From Azolla caroliniana (lineage: Eukaryota; Plantae; Polypodiophyta): a stretch of DNA of 64,000 bases. A model generated the notes under the pieces. It was not told where the DNA came from. It made no database searches and worked only from the letters and a program-made list of their open reading frames with translations. The number at the start of each line of letters is the position of its first letter. Positions within the stretch are counted from its first letter, which is position 1. The stretch lies in contig JBHGNT010000001.1 in assembly GCA_043228905.1 (NCBI GenBank), positions 1 to 64,000 on the forward strand, given 5' to 3'. The position numbers were made by a program, and so were the translations under genes. This document shows positions 1 to 12,626 of the stretch, piece after piece.

Positions 1-1272
1 AATCCGATATCACACAAGCCAGGTATGAACATTTTAATTTGCTCAAGGGCTCTTCTCAACTCCCTCCTCAAGTTTGCTAATTTTGTTCATGTCTCTCGAC
101 CTGAGTTTCAAAATCTTGGTTTTTTAATTCCATATCATAGCTAGCGTTGTTAGCTTTGATTCGCTTGTTTGAACACAGAAATCCGATATCACACGAGCCA
201 GGTATGAACATTTTAATTTGCTCATGCACTCTTCTCCACTCCCTCCTCAAATTTGCTAATTTCGTCATGTCTCTCGACCTGAGTTTCAAAATCTTGGTTT
301 CTTAATTCCATATAAAGGCTAGCGTTGTTACCTTCGTTTCGCATGTTTGAACACAGAAATCCGATATCACACGAGCTAGGTATGAACATTTTAATTTGCT
401 CAAGGGCAGTTCTCAACTCTCTCCTCAAATTTGCTAATTTCGTCAAGTCTCTCGACCTGAGTTTCAAAATCTTGGTTTTTTAATTCCATATCATAGCTAG
501 CATTGTTAGCTTCGTTTGGCATGTTTGAACACAGAAATCCGATATCACACGAGCCAGGTATGAACATTTTAATTTGCTCAACGGCTCTTCTCAACTCCCT
601 CCTCAAGTTTGCTAATTTTGTTCATGTCTCTCGACCTGAGTTTCGAAATCTTGATTTTTTATTTACATATCATAGCTAGCGTTGTTAGCTTCGATTCGCA
701 TGTTTGAACACAAAAATCCGATTTCACACGAGCCAGGTATGAACATTTTAATTTACTCACGCGCTCTTCTCCACTGCCTCCTCAAATTTGCTAATTTCGT
801 CATGTCTCTCGACCTGAGTTTCAAAATTATAATTTTTCAACTTAAAATCATAGGTAGCGTTGTTAGCTTCGATTCGCATGTTTGAACACAGAAATCAGGG
901 ATCACACGAGCTAGGTATAAACATTTTAATTTACTCACGGGCTCTTCTCAACTCCCTCCTCAAATTTGCTAATTTCTTCATGTCTCTCGACTTGAGTTTG
1001 AAAACCTTGATTGTATTATTCCATATCATAGCTAGCGTTGTTAGCTTTGATTCGCATGTTTGAACACAAAAATCCGATATCACACGAGCCAGGTATGAAC
1101 ATTTTAATTTACTAACGAGCTCTTCTCAACTCCCTCCTCAAATTTGCTAATTTCTTCATCTCGCTCGTCCTAAGTTTCAAAATCTTGATTTTTTAATTGC
1201 ATATCATAGCTAGCGTTGTTAGCTTTGATTCGCATGTTTGAACACAAAAATCCGATATCACACGAGCCAGGT
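1..1272. repeat. Tandem satellite, 178-179 bp monomer (subtype 1, ~7 copies, runs off the window start)
   Basis: AATCCGATATCACAC-like motif recurs at 1, 180, 358, 536, 715, 893, 1071 and 1249 (spacings 179,178,178,179,178,178,178); the repetitive ORF translations mirror this. Confidence 0.95.
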
Positions 1273-2010
1273 CTAAAATCCGATATCAGATAAGGAAGGT
1301 ATGAACTTTTTTATTCAGTAAGGTGCTCTAATTAATCGCTCTCTGATTTCTGCCACAACCCTAGTTTTTCCTTCATGTCTCTTGCTCTTAAATTCGAAAT
1401 TCAGATTTTATCACCTATTTGAACTCTAAAATCCAATATCATACTAGGAAGATATGAGCTTTCTGATTCAGTTAGGCGCTTTTGTCTCTCCCTAAATGAT
1501 TTCTACCACAACTTTAGTTTTTCCTTCATGTCTCTCGCTCTAAATTTCAAAATTCAAATTTTATCACGCCATATCATAGCCCACTTCGTTAGCTTTGATT
1601 CACTTATTTGAACTCTAAAATCCGATATAATACGAGGAAGGTATGAGCTTTCTTATTCACTCAGGCGCTCTTGTGTCTCCTTGCATGATTTCTACCACAA
1701 CTTTACTTTTTCCTTCATGTCTCTAGCTCTTAATTTCGAAATACAGATTTTATCACGCCATATCATAGCCAACTTCAATAGCTTTGATTCACTATTTGAA
1801 CTCTAAAATCCGATATCATACGAGGAAGATATGACCTTTCTGATTTAGTTAGGTGTTCTAGTTAATCCCTATATGATTTCTGCCACAACTTTATTTTTCC
1901 ATCATGTCTCTGGCTCTAAATTTCAAAATTCAGATATTATCACGCCATATCATAGCCTACTTCATTAGCTTTGATTCACTTAGCTTTGGTTCACCTATTT
2001 GAACTCTAAC
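1273..2010. repeat. Related satellite subtype 2, ~188-189 bp monomer (~4 copies)
   Basis: AATCC(G/A)ATAT motif at 1277, 1430, 1619 and 1807; shares TCATGTCTCT, CATATCATAGC and TAGCTTTGATT blocks with subtype 1 but is diverged and longer. Confidence 0.9.
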
Positions 2011-2270
2011 ATTGGTTATCTAAAACAGGCACAAGAATTGAAGGAAGCCAAGGAGGAGGAATACGAGATGAAGGACATGTCCAAAGAAGGCGAAAGGCGC
2101 GCTCCAACTAACAAAGCGGTTGCAACTGCCGCTCATGCTAATGGGAAAATCTTTTTTGCCAATTGAAAAGTTACATTAGATTCCATGGCTATTATTAAAC
2201 TAAAGTGTGAGTTCAATTGTGTTGCGCAACAAATTCCTCTAAACAGTCGGAAGTTGCTCCCGTTTCCAAG

Positions 2271-3190
2271 AAATCACAAGCTGCTTCCAAACCACCAACT
2301 GTAGCTCCTCTAGTGGTGAGTTTATTTTGTATGGATTGCATGCATGGTAACACGATGTTTAAATGTTCTTCTGATTTACCCTAGGTTGACATTTGTTTTG
2401 ATTGTCTTGCAGTCTGTAGAAAGAAACTATGATGGTTTTGGCTTGAGCTCGCGTGATCGTTTGGCTGCATATAATAATGGAGGTAATCACAATTGTTAAT
2501 CTTGCAGCATCATATGTTAGAATATATGCCCATCTAATGTGGGGAAATGAACACATCACGTAGAAGTATGCAGGGGGTTTGTGAATAGGATGTAATGCAC
2601 AACAATTGGCTTTGATTGGGTCTCAACATATGTTTTTTTTAATATTAAGACATTGTATGTTACTCTAATTTATTATTGTCAACAATAGGGTTTAGGGTTT
2701 AGGGGTTTAGGGTGAGATAATTGTCAACAATAGGAAATCACAAGCTATTTCCAAACCACCACCTATGGCTCCTCCAGTGCTGAGTTTATTTAGGTGGAAA
2801 GCATACTACTACGTGATGTGTTCTTTCCCCCACATTAGATGGGCATATATTCTAACATACGATGATGCAGGATTAGCAATTGTCATTACCACCATTATTA
2901 TATGCAGCCAAACACTCACGCAGGCTCAAGCCAAGACCATCATCATCGCTTTCTACAAAGTGCAAGAACAAGGATAGATTCTTGACGTTGTTGATAATGT
3001 GTAGCTAGGCCTCATATTTATTGCCAGACCTAAGGCCCCCAAGCAAGTTCACACTTTGCCTTAATGGGTTGTCTCAATCCCAAGTATTAAAACTAATCCT
3101 TCCCTTCTTTACACTCTCGTTTAACCCTCACACATTATCCACGTGTATAGAATACTACGGTACAATCTTGCCACGGGATATTATATGGTC
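2271..3190. repeat. Rearranged dispersed repeat / LTR-like fragments
   Basis: 2271-2327 is repeated at ~2735-2790; ~2402-2571 is an inverted copy of ~2801-2971; ~3003-3172 is the reverse complement of ~38752-38920. Confidence 0.7.
2686..2712 (+). repeat. Short interstitial plant telomere-type repeat (TTTAGGG)n
   Basis: TAGGG TTTAGGG TTTAGGGG TTTAGGG, flanked by direct repeat ATTGTCAACAATAGG at 2675-2689 and 2720-2734. Confidence 0.75.
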
Positions 3191-3920
3191 ATGCCCGTAA
3201 CAAATACCCTTTCAAATTCAACAAAGAGATTATGGAAGGCAAAATAATCACTAACTGGAACCCTACAACTACGAGGATTGTGTCTTTTTCCATGACACCT
3301 TCCACAATGTTTTTCTTTATTCTCTACAACCCTTACGTGTATGTATTCGGATTTTGGGTGTTAATGACATGTGCATGTGACTAGTAGTAACATGCCTCCA
3401 ATAATATTATCATGCATCAAAATGATTTACATTGGTTCCTGGTAAGTGTCATGATATAGTTGCAATGAATATGAGTTCAGTGCATAAGATTGCAAACATT
3501 ATTTTTGAAACAAAATAGCAATTGATACATGTGCAATTCTACGAGCATACTAGGATTAGATTCTAGTATATTTTAACAACCATCACACTTGTGTGGTTTT
3601 TCCTATTCATCTTGATTTGGTAGATCGTAGATGATGTGTCGGGCTTCAAATGGGTGTTTTTGGAAAAATTGTCATGGTACCTTGGAGAGGTAAGCGTACA
3701 TAGGTAGTGGTTGGTAGTCCAGCGGCCCCAAAATTGTGTGTGAAATGTTTGGGGTTTTCTTCGGTGGGTTTACATACATATTTGTGATGAAGGAGACAGA
3801 GACGGAGACGCTGCTCTTTCTCGCCACTGGCCAGGCCCATACTGGATGGACATACATACTAAGTATATTACGCAAATGTTACCTGTCGCAACCGTTTCCA
3901 GCGGGAGGAAAAAGGCGGCT

Positions 3921-5410
3921 ATGCAGGACTCAACCCTATCAGTAGCCCCGTCGTCATCACCATCTCCAGCTCCATCTCCATCTCCAGCTCCATCTCCATC
4001 ACCATCAACGACGAGAGGAGGAGGAGGAGGAGGAGGAGGAGGAGGAGCAGTGGCTGGTGGCCATCCTCATCCTAATGATAATGCTGCCCAACAATCAGAA
4101 GAAGAACAGTTTAGCAGGAGGAGGGCCTCTGTAGAGGCTGAAGTGTATCGAATGAAACAGCTCCCCGTGGCCAGCAATTATGCTGCCCATCGACTCCGTG
4201 TCCTTGGAAAAGTCATCCACCTCCTCTCTCTACCCCCAAAGGTATGCATGTCCTCTAAAACTATAGTACTGTGCATCTTGAGGTAGTTCTTTTACGCATC
4301 TCCTCTTTATGCTAATGCCCATCGTCTTTTCTGTAGTATTGAAAACGATCATGGATTTTGAATGCCACATGGAATGTGTTGTCTCATGAGCAATTCCTCT
4401 AATGTGTTTTCTTTCTTCAATCTTATGTCATATGATCAATCCAAGGCATGCATTGATTTGTTGTGTACAATTCATGTCAACTTCATGCCTATATGTATTA
4501 TCGATCTTTTCAAATTTGGGGATCTGTCCTTAATTTCAAATCTAAGACATCATTTTTTGCAAGTCCATAGTTGATGAATATAGGTCCTCTGCTTTCTGTA
4601 AAGAGTCTCCAATGTGTTGATGAATAAGGCTCGATTGAGAAACTTGTGATTTCTACCTGCATATGTCCAATCTGTGCAACCATACCACCAATGCTGAAGA
4701 CCTTTCTTTCATTAGCATATTCAGAAAAGTGCAGATGTAAGATCTCTGAAGGAATTGGCCTTAACTAACCTGAAAATATGACACCACAACCTCATGTAGA
4801 ATGCAGCCACCTCATATGTATATTTATCGGTGTCTTTCCTCATTAATCTCTGCCATGTGTATATGTATAAGTAGTGAATATGTCTTCCTAACCCTTTGTG
4901 ACATCTCATTTTCATGCTTGGCATCTGCTTACATTGAATACATAACATTCAATGTTATCTTCGATCATCTCATTGGGCCAATCCAAATAACTGGCTCTAA
5001 TCATGTTTCATAAACATAATCTGCACTAGATTCCCATTCACAATAGTGCTGATGTATCAAATAACATGATTAAATAGGAAATTCTAATTGTCTTTTCAAA
5101 ACTTAACTTCCATCAAAAGCACTCTGATGTAATTGTTCCAGTAATAATTTGAAGAGTCAATATTTAGGGACCAAGTAGAATGTATAAGGGAGAAAATGTG
5201 AAAACTATGTGAGATGGTACCGGTGCAAGATGTCCAAGAACAGATATTGCCTGATTCTTTAAATGGGTTCATGATTTTGATGCTTCAGGATAGTATGGGC
5301 TACAATTGAACATTGTTTTGTGATTACTAAAATGCATATGTTCTGTGCAGACAAGAACATTGTCAGAGGCTGAAGAGTTGGAGCTTCTATTTTCAAGTCT
5401 CTCTTTGTAG
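3921..5410 (+). CDS. Small uncharacterised conserved plant protein, 2 exons (3921-4241, 5351-5410); in-frame upstream ATGs at 3846 and 3876 are possible starts
   Basis: Exon 1 encodes a Ser/Pro/Gly low-complexity stretch then EAEVYRMKQLPVASNYAAHRLRVLGKVIHLL. Donor AAG|GTATGC at 4242, acceptor TGCAG|ACA at 5350. Exon 2 TRTLSEAEELELLFSSLSL* is in frame and resembles (from memory) a C-terminal ELELLF-x-x-LSL plant motif. Confidence 0.8.
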
Positions 5411-5684
5411 ACTGACACTAGGCTTTACTGGAGTTACTAGCGTGTGTTATGTTGACTCATGCATGAAGCTATCAAACGGTGTGCTTATGAACTGCCCATA
5501 CTTATCTGGTAGTGTTTTCTGGCTATCTTGTTTGTATATGAATTCATATTAACATCGGAACTGGTTTTTTGCTTATATTTTATCCCTATGATTCACCATG
5601 TTTGCTTTGTATTGTGAATGATATACCATGCATAGCTTCAATGAAGTGTATTTAGTGTGTCTTAAAAAATTGCACGTGAGAGAT

Positions 5685-6800
5685 ATATTAAGGTCTACTA
5701 GAGGCCAATATTGGCCTATGAGACAAATCATGATTACAAATATGGGTGAATTCCTAAAGCTCCATGATCATTATCTGAATGCAAATGGTGAATGATTTTT
5801 GAGATGGTTTAGGAATATGAACTGCATATAGTATGAGAGTAATGGTAACTGGACTTCATATCTAAGGTTGGTTGGTGTGGTGAAATGATGCTATGATGAA
5901 GTTAAACAAGTGCAGTTGGGTGTCCTTGTGCGGATCGTACTTGACAAGCAGTTATCTTCATAGTTTAGTGATGATATGGCCGATATGCCTTATATCCTAG
6001 TACCCAATGTATCCTTCATTGTCAGCATTTTTCTGCTTGCTCTATTGTGACACCTTGACATGTTATTAGAGGAGGTAAAGAGCTATGGAAGAAAATCGGT
6101 GATGTGCAATTGTCGTTGCATCCTGCATGCTAATGTAAGGGTTGATGCCCTATGCTTTTGAAGCTGAAGCAATATTTGGCCAAACAATCATGTGTTAGCC
6201 TTCTCCATCACTTGTCAATGTCATTGGGGAGGGTAGTGTACTTTCTTATGTGCTTGACTTATACAAATTGTCCTTGCTTTCGATCTCTTCTTTACATAAA
6301 TTGCAAATTCTTTCAGCTATAGGTATGCAAAGAGCTGGTCTTACTTCAATCTCTAGTTGACGGGAGGAAAGTCTGAGTCAGGTTGTTTCTTTGTGAGCAC
6401 TATGGGTCATGTAGACGCACATATACCTCGGTTTCTTAATGAATCCATCCTCTTAAAAGTTCATGAAATAGTCATTGTAGCTGGCCAGCTTTGGGGGAGT
6501 GGCTCCCTTCATGTATGCCAAGTCTTTTGGGAATAGAGCTGCCATAGATGTTGCTGCAATACTTTGTTCCTTTCATCATTTGGGAGAGGGGTGCAATATC
6601 AAAACAGTGGCAAGCTCTTGATGTTGAGGCCATTGTTGTTGCACCACTTCATCACCTATGAGTACCATGACCCTTCTGTGTTTTGTTGTTGCCATTTGCA
6701 TTGATGTTTCAAAAGCCTTACATGTAATTCTATGAAGTTCACATTATGGATTAATGCTTCTACCATCATGGGGGGTGTTGCCAACTCAGCACAGATGATC
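5685..6800 (-). mobile_element. Degenerate non-LTR retrotransposon (LINE) 3' fragment; 5' extent uncertain
   Basis: 3'-tail motif GGCCAATATTGGCC-TATGAGACAAATCATGATTACAAA at ~5703-5741 is shared with tails at ~11050 and ~11745. Confidence 0.4.
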
Positions 6801-6887
6801 TAGTGCAGGGTGGATGCTTTGCTATATATCATTTGTGAGTACGTCATTATTAGATGTAATCAATTATCAACCCCAAGTTACTAGTTT

Positions 6888-9540
6888 ATAAAAGAGATGT
6901 GATGGCATAGTTGGTTGCTCCAAAACACCAAAGGAGTGGGATGCTGTGTGAGGAGAGAGAAAGTTGAGAAAACTGTGAAGAAAAATGGATAGGAAGCCCT
7001 AGTCGCTAAAAGTCCCTATCTCATTATGAGAGATTTGGGACCAATTCTTATTGATAAGTAATGTAAACGCTTATAAACCCCCAAATTGGGGGCAAAAAAT
7101 ATACTAAAAATATGTTTGGAAAACTCTCACATGGAAGGATCAAAATATCCCCAACAACCCTCCCACTTAAAAGGCCAAGGAGGCTCCTTTAAGCGAAGTA
7201 ACTCCCACCATCTGTATACATGGTTGATGTTGTGCCTTGGGTTGACACTTTGTGAGAGCATCTACAAGATCCTGTGAAGTATTGACCTTGATCAAAGTGA
7301 TTAAGCCATCATCGAGAACCTCTATGATGAACTGGTATCTCACATCAATATGCTTTGTACGAGCATGAAACGTTGCATTCTTTGCAAAACATATCGCACT
7401 TTGGCTATTGCATCCAAGAATAGGTACCTTTTCAGGCATCCCAAACTCACTGCACAAGTGGGCTAACCAAATGACTTCTTGGCCATCATCTCGAACCTCT
7501 ATGATGAAGTGGTATCTCACATCAATATGCATTGTACGAGCGTAAAACGTTGCATTCTTTTTGGGCATCCCAAACTCATTACATAAGTGTGCTAACCAAA
7601 TGGCTTCTTTGGAAGCCTCTGTAGTAGATAGTGCAACTGTCCTCTAAAGTCTAGAGCACCATGAAATAGCTCCACTTGCAAGGGTGTATACATAGCCACT
7701 TGTGAACTTGCATGTATCCACATCACCTACCATTTCTGAATCACAAAATCCTTTTAGCTCTAATGTACACTTCCCATAACATAGGCATTTACCTTTGGTC
7801 CCTTTCAAAATAGATTTGATTTCCTATCAATGAGCTCTACCAGGATTAGCCATGGAGCTGCCAACAACTCTGATTGCATGAGCAATGTCTGGATGAGTGG
7901 AAACCATAGCATACATAAGTGAACCACATGCTGATGCATATGGAACATTCTTCATGTAATTGGCTGCATCATTATCTTTGGGATAGTCATCCTTGGAAAG
8001 CTTAACATGTGGCTGCAGTGGCATTGCAAGAGGCTTAGGATCAGCCACATTAAATCTGTCCAGCACTTTTTGAATGTACTTTTCTTGGGATAATTACAAA
8101 GTAGATTGCTGCCTATCTCGTTTTATTCACATACCAAGAATATGCTCAGCTTCCCCAAGGTCTTTCATTGAGAATGCAGAGTTCAGCTTTTGTTTTAGAG
8201 CATTCAGAGTGCTCATTTTCTTCCCAGATAGCAGCATATCATCTACATACAATACGAGAATAATTGGGTTGCCATCTTCATCCTTTTTAGTGTACAAAGT
8301 GTGGTTTGCATGGCTTCATTTGAACCCATGTTTGAGCATAAATGCATCATCAAACTTCTTATACCATTGTCTGGCGGCTTGTTTTAACCCATATAAGCTC
8401 CTTTCAGCTTGCATACCAGATGCACGTTTCCAGGAATGGCATATCCTTTTGGTTGTTTCATGTATAGCTCTTCATCTAAATCACCATGCAAAAAGGTTGT
8501 TTTAACATCGATTTGGAAGAATTCCAAATCCAAGGTGGCTATGAGATCAAACAAGACATGTGGTATGGTCATCTTAATCACTGTAGAGAAAACCTCTTGG
8601 AAATCAATGCCTTCTTTTTGGGCATACCCCTTAGCAACTAGCCTTGCCTTATACATGGGTTTGCCATCAACAATTTTGATTTTGTATATCCACATGTTTG
8701 GAATGGCCTTACTGTAGAAAAATCAGGGATCTAGACTAACTCTCATACAGCAAGATCACTTAGAAGACTTAAGAGAATATCAGTAGATTAGGGAAAAACG
8801 AGCACACTTATTACAAAGATGTAGAATCTGATTTATATAACCAGTTTCTACAGGACTTATAGACCCAACAGTTACTATATTAGGTTCACACTATTATAGC
8901 TATATTCACACCTAACAACTACCTAACTAGGTTCAAACTATTCTAAGTGTGTTCACACCCAACAGTTACTTAACTGGGTTCACACTATTATAACAATGTT
9001 CACACCAAAGCTTTTATAGGATACACGTTAAGTGTAACACTTACAACCTTTGGGCAACTCAACCAAATCCCAAGTATCATTTGCATGCAAGGCTTTTATC
9101 TATTATTGCATGGGTAACTCCTACTTCTTGTGCTCATATAGTTTTGCCTCTTTATAAGTGAGAGGCTCACCCTCATCTGATAACATAATCTAATGTATAG
9201 AGAGGGGTCATATCTATTCACTTGCCTCCTAGGACGTGTAGATCTAATACCAGTTGAAAGAGATGTGATGGCGTGGCCGGTTGCTCCAAAACACCAATGG
9301 AGTGGGTTGCGGTGTGAGGAAAGAGAAAGTTGAGAAAACTATGAAGAAAATGGATAGCAAGCTCTAGCCGCTAAAAGTCCCTATCTCATTATGAGAGATT
9401 TTGGGACCAATTCTTATTGATAAGTGACTTGTGGGTCATTTGGGCATGTTCACACATGGCCAATATAACCCCTAAATTGGAGCAAAAATATAGTAAAAAT
9501 ATGTCTAGAAAATGCGTGCATAGAAGGGTCAAAATATACA
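6888..9540 (-). mobile_element. Internally deleted, degenerate Ty1/copia LTR retrotransposon (RT-RNase H remnants only)
   Basis: LTRs at ~6888-7156 and ~9255-9540; PPT AAGTGGGAGGGT next to 7156; Met-type PBS TGGTATTAGA at 9243-9252; peptides KARLVAKGYAQKEGIDF, DVKTTFLHGDLDEELYMKQP, VPYASACGSLMYAMV and HARTKHIDVRY. Confidence 0.9.
8713..9039. mobile_element. Solo LTR (327 bp) inserted in the copia RT
   Basis: TGTAG...TAACA termini; 5-bp TSD CTTAC at 8708-8712 and 9040-9044; removing it rejoins TWDLVELPKGCK-AIPNMWIYK. Confidence 0.85.
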
Positions 9541-9760
9541 AAAAGGAGTCCTTGGAGTCTTTATCCCTACCAGTTTATCCCCACATGCATTCTTAGAGTA
9601 CACATTTTGTGATAGCATCCCAAATGAGGAGTAGCAATTCTGTAACCTAATGAGATGGGTTAATAAGGTGTCAATGCTAGAGATGAGTAGGGAAAAATGT
9701 ATTTGGGAAAGAGAGAAGTAGGGTAATGGGATTGACTAGTCAAGTCGGCTAGAAGAATAT

Positions 9761-10007
9761 GCACGAGCTTGTATCTATGGAACTAGGTCATATTAAATGA
9801 CTAAGGTTTATCCCCACTACTTTCAATTGACTTGCACATTTAATGCAATGATATTCTTTGGTGGCAAGTCAAGATGTACTTAGTCTTAAAATATGTACCA
9901 TTAAGTATTATCTAGCACGAGCTTGTATCTATGGAACTAGGTCATATTAAATGACTAAGGTTTATCCCCACTACTTTCAATTGACTTGCACATTTAATGC
10001 AATGATA
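9761..10007. repeat. Near-exact ~93 bp direct duplication
   Basis: GCACGAGCTTGTATCTATGG...GCAATGATA at 9761-9853 and 9915-10007. Confidence 0.85.
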
Positions 10008-10761
10008 AGAACAAACATAGAGTATAAATATCCACTCTCTTTCTCTTACACAACTACTCTGACTTTTATTTTTGTCAACTAATCCAAATCCTATCTAATT
10101 AAGGTGTGAACGAACAAGAGGACTACCATTGTGAGCTAATCTCATATGTAATAGAAAGTTTGTATTGACACATATACATGGGGCGGCATTGAGCCCAAAT
10201 GGATGCACTATACTGAGGGCAAGGGTGACCATGGTGTCAAATAACCATAATTTGGTACAAAGCTCTTGGAAGTGTGCGTGGTGGTACCATCTTTCTAGCA
10301 TGGCTAGAGTTGTATATCCTTAAATGAGCATCTTTGATGGCTTGAGTTGTAGAGAAGCACCACTCGTGCTTGTAAATGTAACTCCTAGAGTGAAGACAAT
10401 TGGTTGATCATGAGTCGGCATGGATGTATAGATCATGGCCTTAGTCTTTCTTAGGTTATCATGAGCCCTTTTTGTTGTAAAACGTTTTCAGAAAATTGAG
10501 ATGATATTTTAGACCGGCATGAGATAGAGACGGAGATTATATCATTAACATGAAGTTTATGGATGTAAATGGGTGTATCTGGTCCATCGATCTCAATGGG
10601 AAGTGATCCAGTCTCAAGAAGTAGGTGGTTGTTTGGTGTTTGTTTCTTGACTTAGAGAAACTTTGTAAGAAAATGCTTTTGGACATTTTCAAACTCTTTC
10701 AAAGTAGACTTAGGAATATGCTTTCTTTTCCATTTCTAATCAGCGGATAACATTGGTAAGG

Positions 10762-11100
10762 TTGGGTCTTGAACCTAAGACGTAGTGCTAGTATCATAAC
10801 AACTTACCACAAGGTGAGCTAATTACGATAAAAAGAGAGAGAGAGATCTATTAAAGGCCAAAAACAGCCAATAAGACAAGTCATGGTTCAACCATTACAT
10901 TCCACGGTGGCATCCTGTACATTAAGAGCTATGTATGGTGTAATAGAGAGGTGAGATAATTGGGTCTCAAACATAAGATCTAGTGCTAGTAGCATAACAA
11001 CTTACCACTGGGTGAGTTAATTACGATAAAAGAGAGAGAGAGAGAGATCTATTAAAGGCCAAAAACAGCCCATGAGACAAATCATGGTTACAAATATGGT
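10762..11100 (-). mobile_element. Putative tRNA-derived SINE copies with a LINE-like tail and (TC)n end
   Basis: Minus strand has A-box-like TAGCTCACCTTGTGG and B-box-like GGTTCAAGACC (10763-10821), repeated ~198 bp away; the tail matches the LINE 3' motif and is followed by (TC)n. Confidence 0.5.
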
Positions 11101-11734
11101 CAATTCATGTTAGCCATACCCAAACGAAAATGAAAGCTCTAGGTTTCCTAAAGCTCAGTGATCATGATGAAGTGCATAACTAACATGTAGGGGGTTGCAT
11201 AGTATCTGACAAGCTTTTTTTTATCCAGATCGCACGTGCCCTTAGCTAAGTGCCCTGCGCTGTCCGTGGCCACAATTCCCTCAGCAGCCCTCTTTATGAT
11301 TTGGGTGCAAATAGACACGTCAAGATTGTATGAGTATCTATCATATGCATATGTGAACATGCATGTATAGTCGACATTTATTTTTAAAACGTCAACATTG
11401 ACAAGTTTTTGAAGCTCAATTTTGCCCAAAGGCAATGACATTGTTTTAAACCCTTTGATTGTGGCAAGCGATTTGTTAATTCATTATTTTTAGGAGCAAT
11501 TTGTCAATATGCATGATATCAAACTAAGAAAACTATGAAGGATTCCTGTAGTGAACCTAAAAATAAACCCATTGATGCAGGGTGAACTCACACCTTTAAG
11601 ATTGCAAAACCCAAACTTAACCACTACACAACATTTACATATCAGACACATGAATGACCATTCTCGAGAAATTAGAAATTTAAGACAATAAAGAGAGAGA
11701 GAGAGAGAGAAAGAAAGAAAGAAAGAAATATTAA

Positions 11735-12595
11735 CGTCTTTTAAGAGGCCAAAATGGCCTATAAGACCAAATAAGAGATTACATTGTAAGTGTTGTCTCG
11801 TCTTGGAGAACAAATCAAAATAAAATAAATATTACACAGTAAATATAAAAGTAAATAACATGAAAAGAAAAGAAATGAGGGAATCTGGTTTTTGGCACAT
11901 GTGAGATCCTCAAGTTAGGTATATTGTAGCTTTTGTCTTCAGAAGATCTCTAGCATAGGTCGATCCAAAATGGAAATGTCTCCGAAGTGAGGGAAGCACC
12001 TGCGATGGTGGGACATAATGGCCTTTATCTGTTGATAACAAGGGTGGTGCGGTCGTGGTCCATGGGGCCGGGGTCTACATGCACGACAAGTTGCTATTGC
12101 CCAATCTAGTGTAACCCCTTTGTTCTGTCCTAGTCGGGAGCCCATTTGTGTATCCCGTGATAGACTTGTAGCATTAGTAGGAGTGATGGGGCTAAAGAAA
12201 GTTGTGATTGTTCTTTGTGGATGAGCTTGTGTGGCTGTATTCTTCAACAACTTTTCCCGAAGTCTCTTGAGCTCTAGCAAGAAAAGTCCTAGGCATCGTT
12301 GGTCATCATATTCCATTACCTTGCGTAGCAGGCCAAAGCCTTGTTTAAAGAGGCAATGGTATCTCCCTCTGATTTCATAAAAGACACTACAGTGACAAAC
12401 ATAGTGTTCTTCAGATTCCACTCCTTGATGACACAATTGGCAAATTCTTTCTTCTATTGGTATTCGTGTATATCTGCCAACCTCAATCTCTAGCTGATGT
12501 GATGAAGTTCGCAGCTGCCCCATCACACTGCGCAGTGCATAGGATAGATGTATGTCCATATAAGGTGGCCTGATGATGAATCCATCCTCTGATGT

Positions 12596-12596
<1 letters not shown>
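11735..12596 (-). mobile_element. 5'-truncated LINE (RTE-X/CR1-like C-terminal Zn-finger region) between two (GA)n tracts
   Basis: ORF 11939-12640 contains LRTSSHQLEIEVGRYTRIPIEERICQLCHQGVESEEHYVCHC; (GA)n at ~11693-11711 and ~12597-12622. Confidence 0.8.

Positions 12597-12626
<30 letters not shown>

Noticed and set aside
1-2010. CRISPR-like array or repeat-protein ORFs
   Set aside because: Whole monomers repeat with no unique spacers, the ORFs are translations of satellite DNA, and the context is eukaryotic
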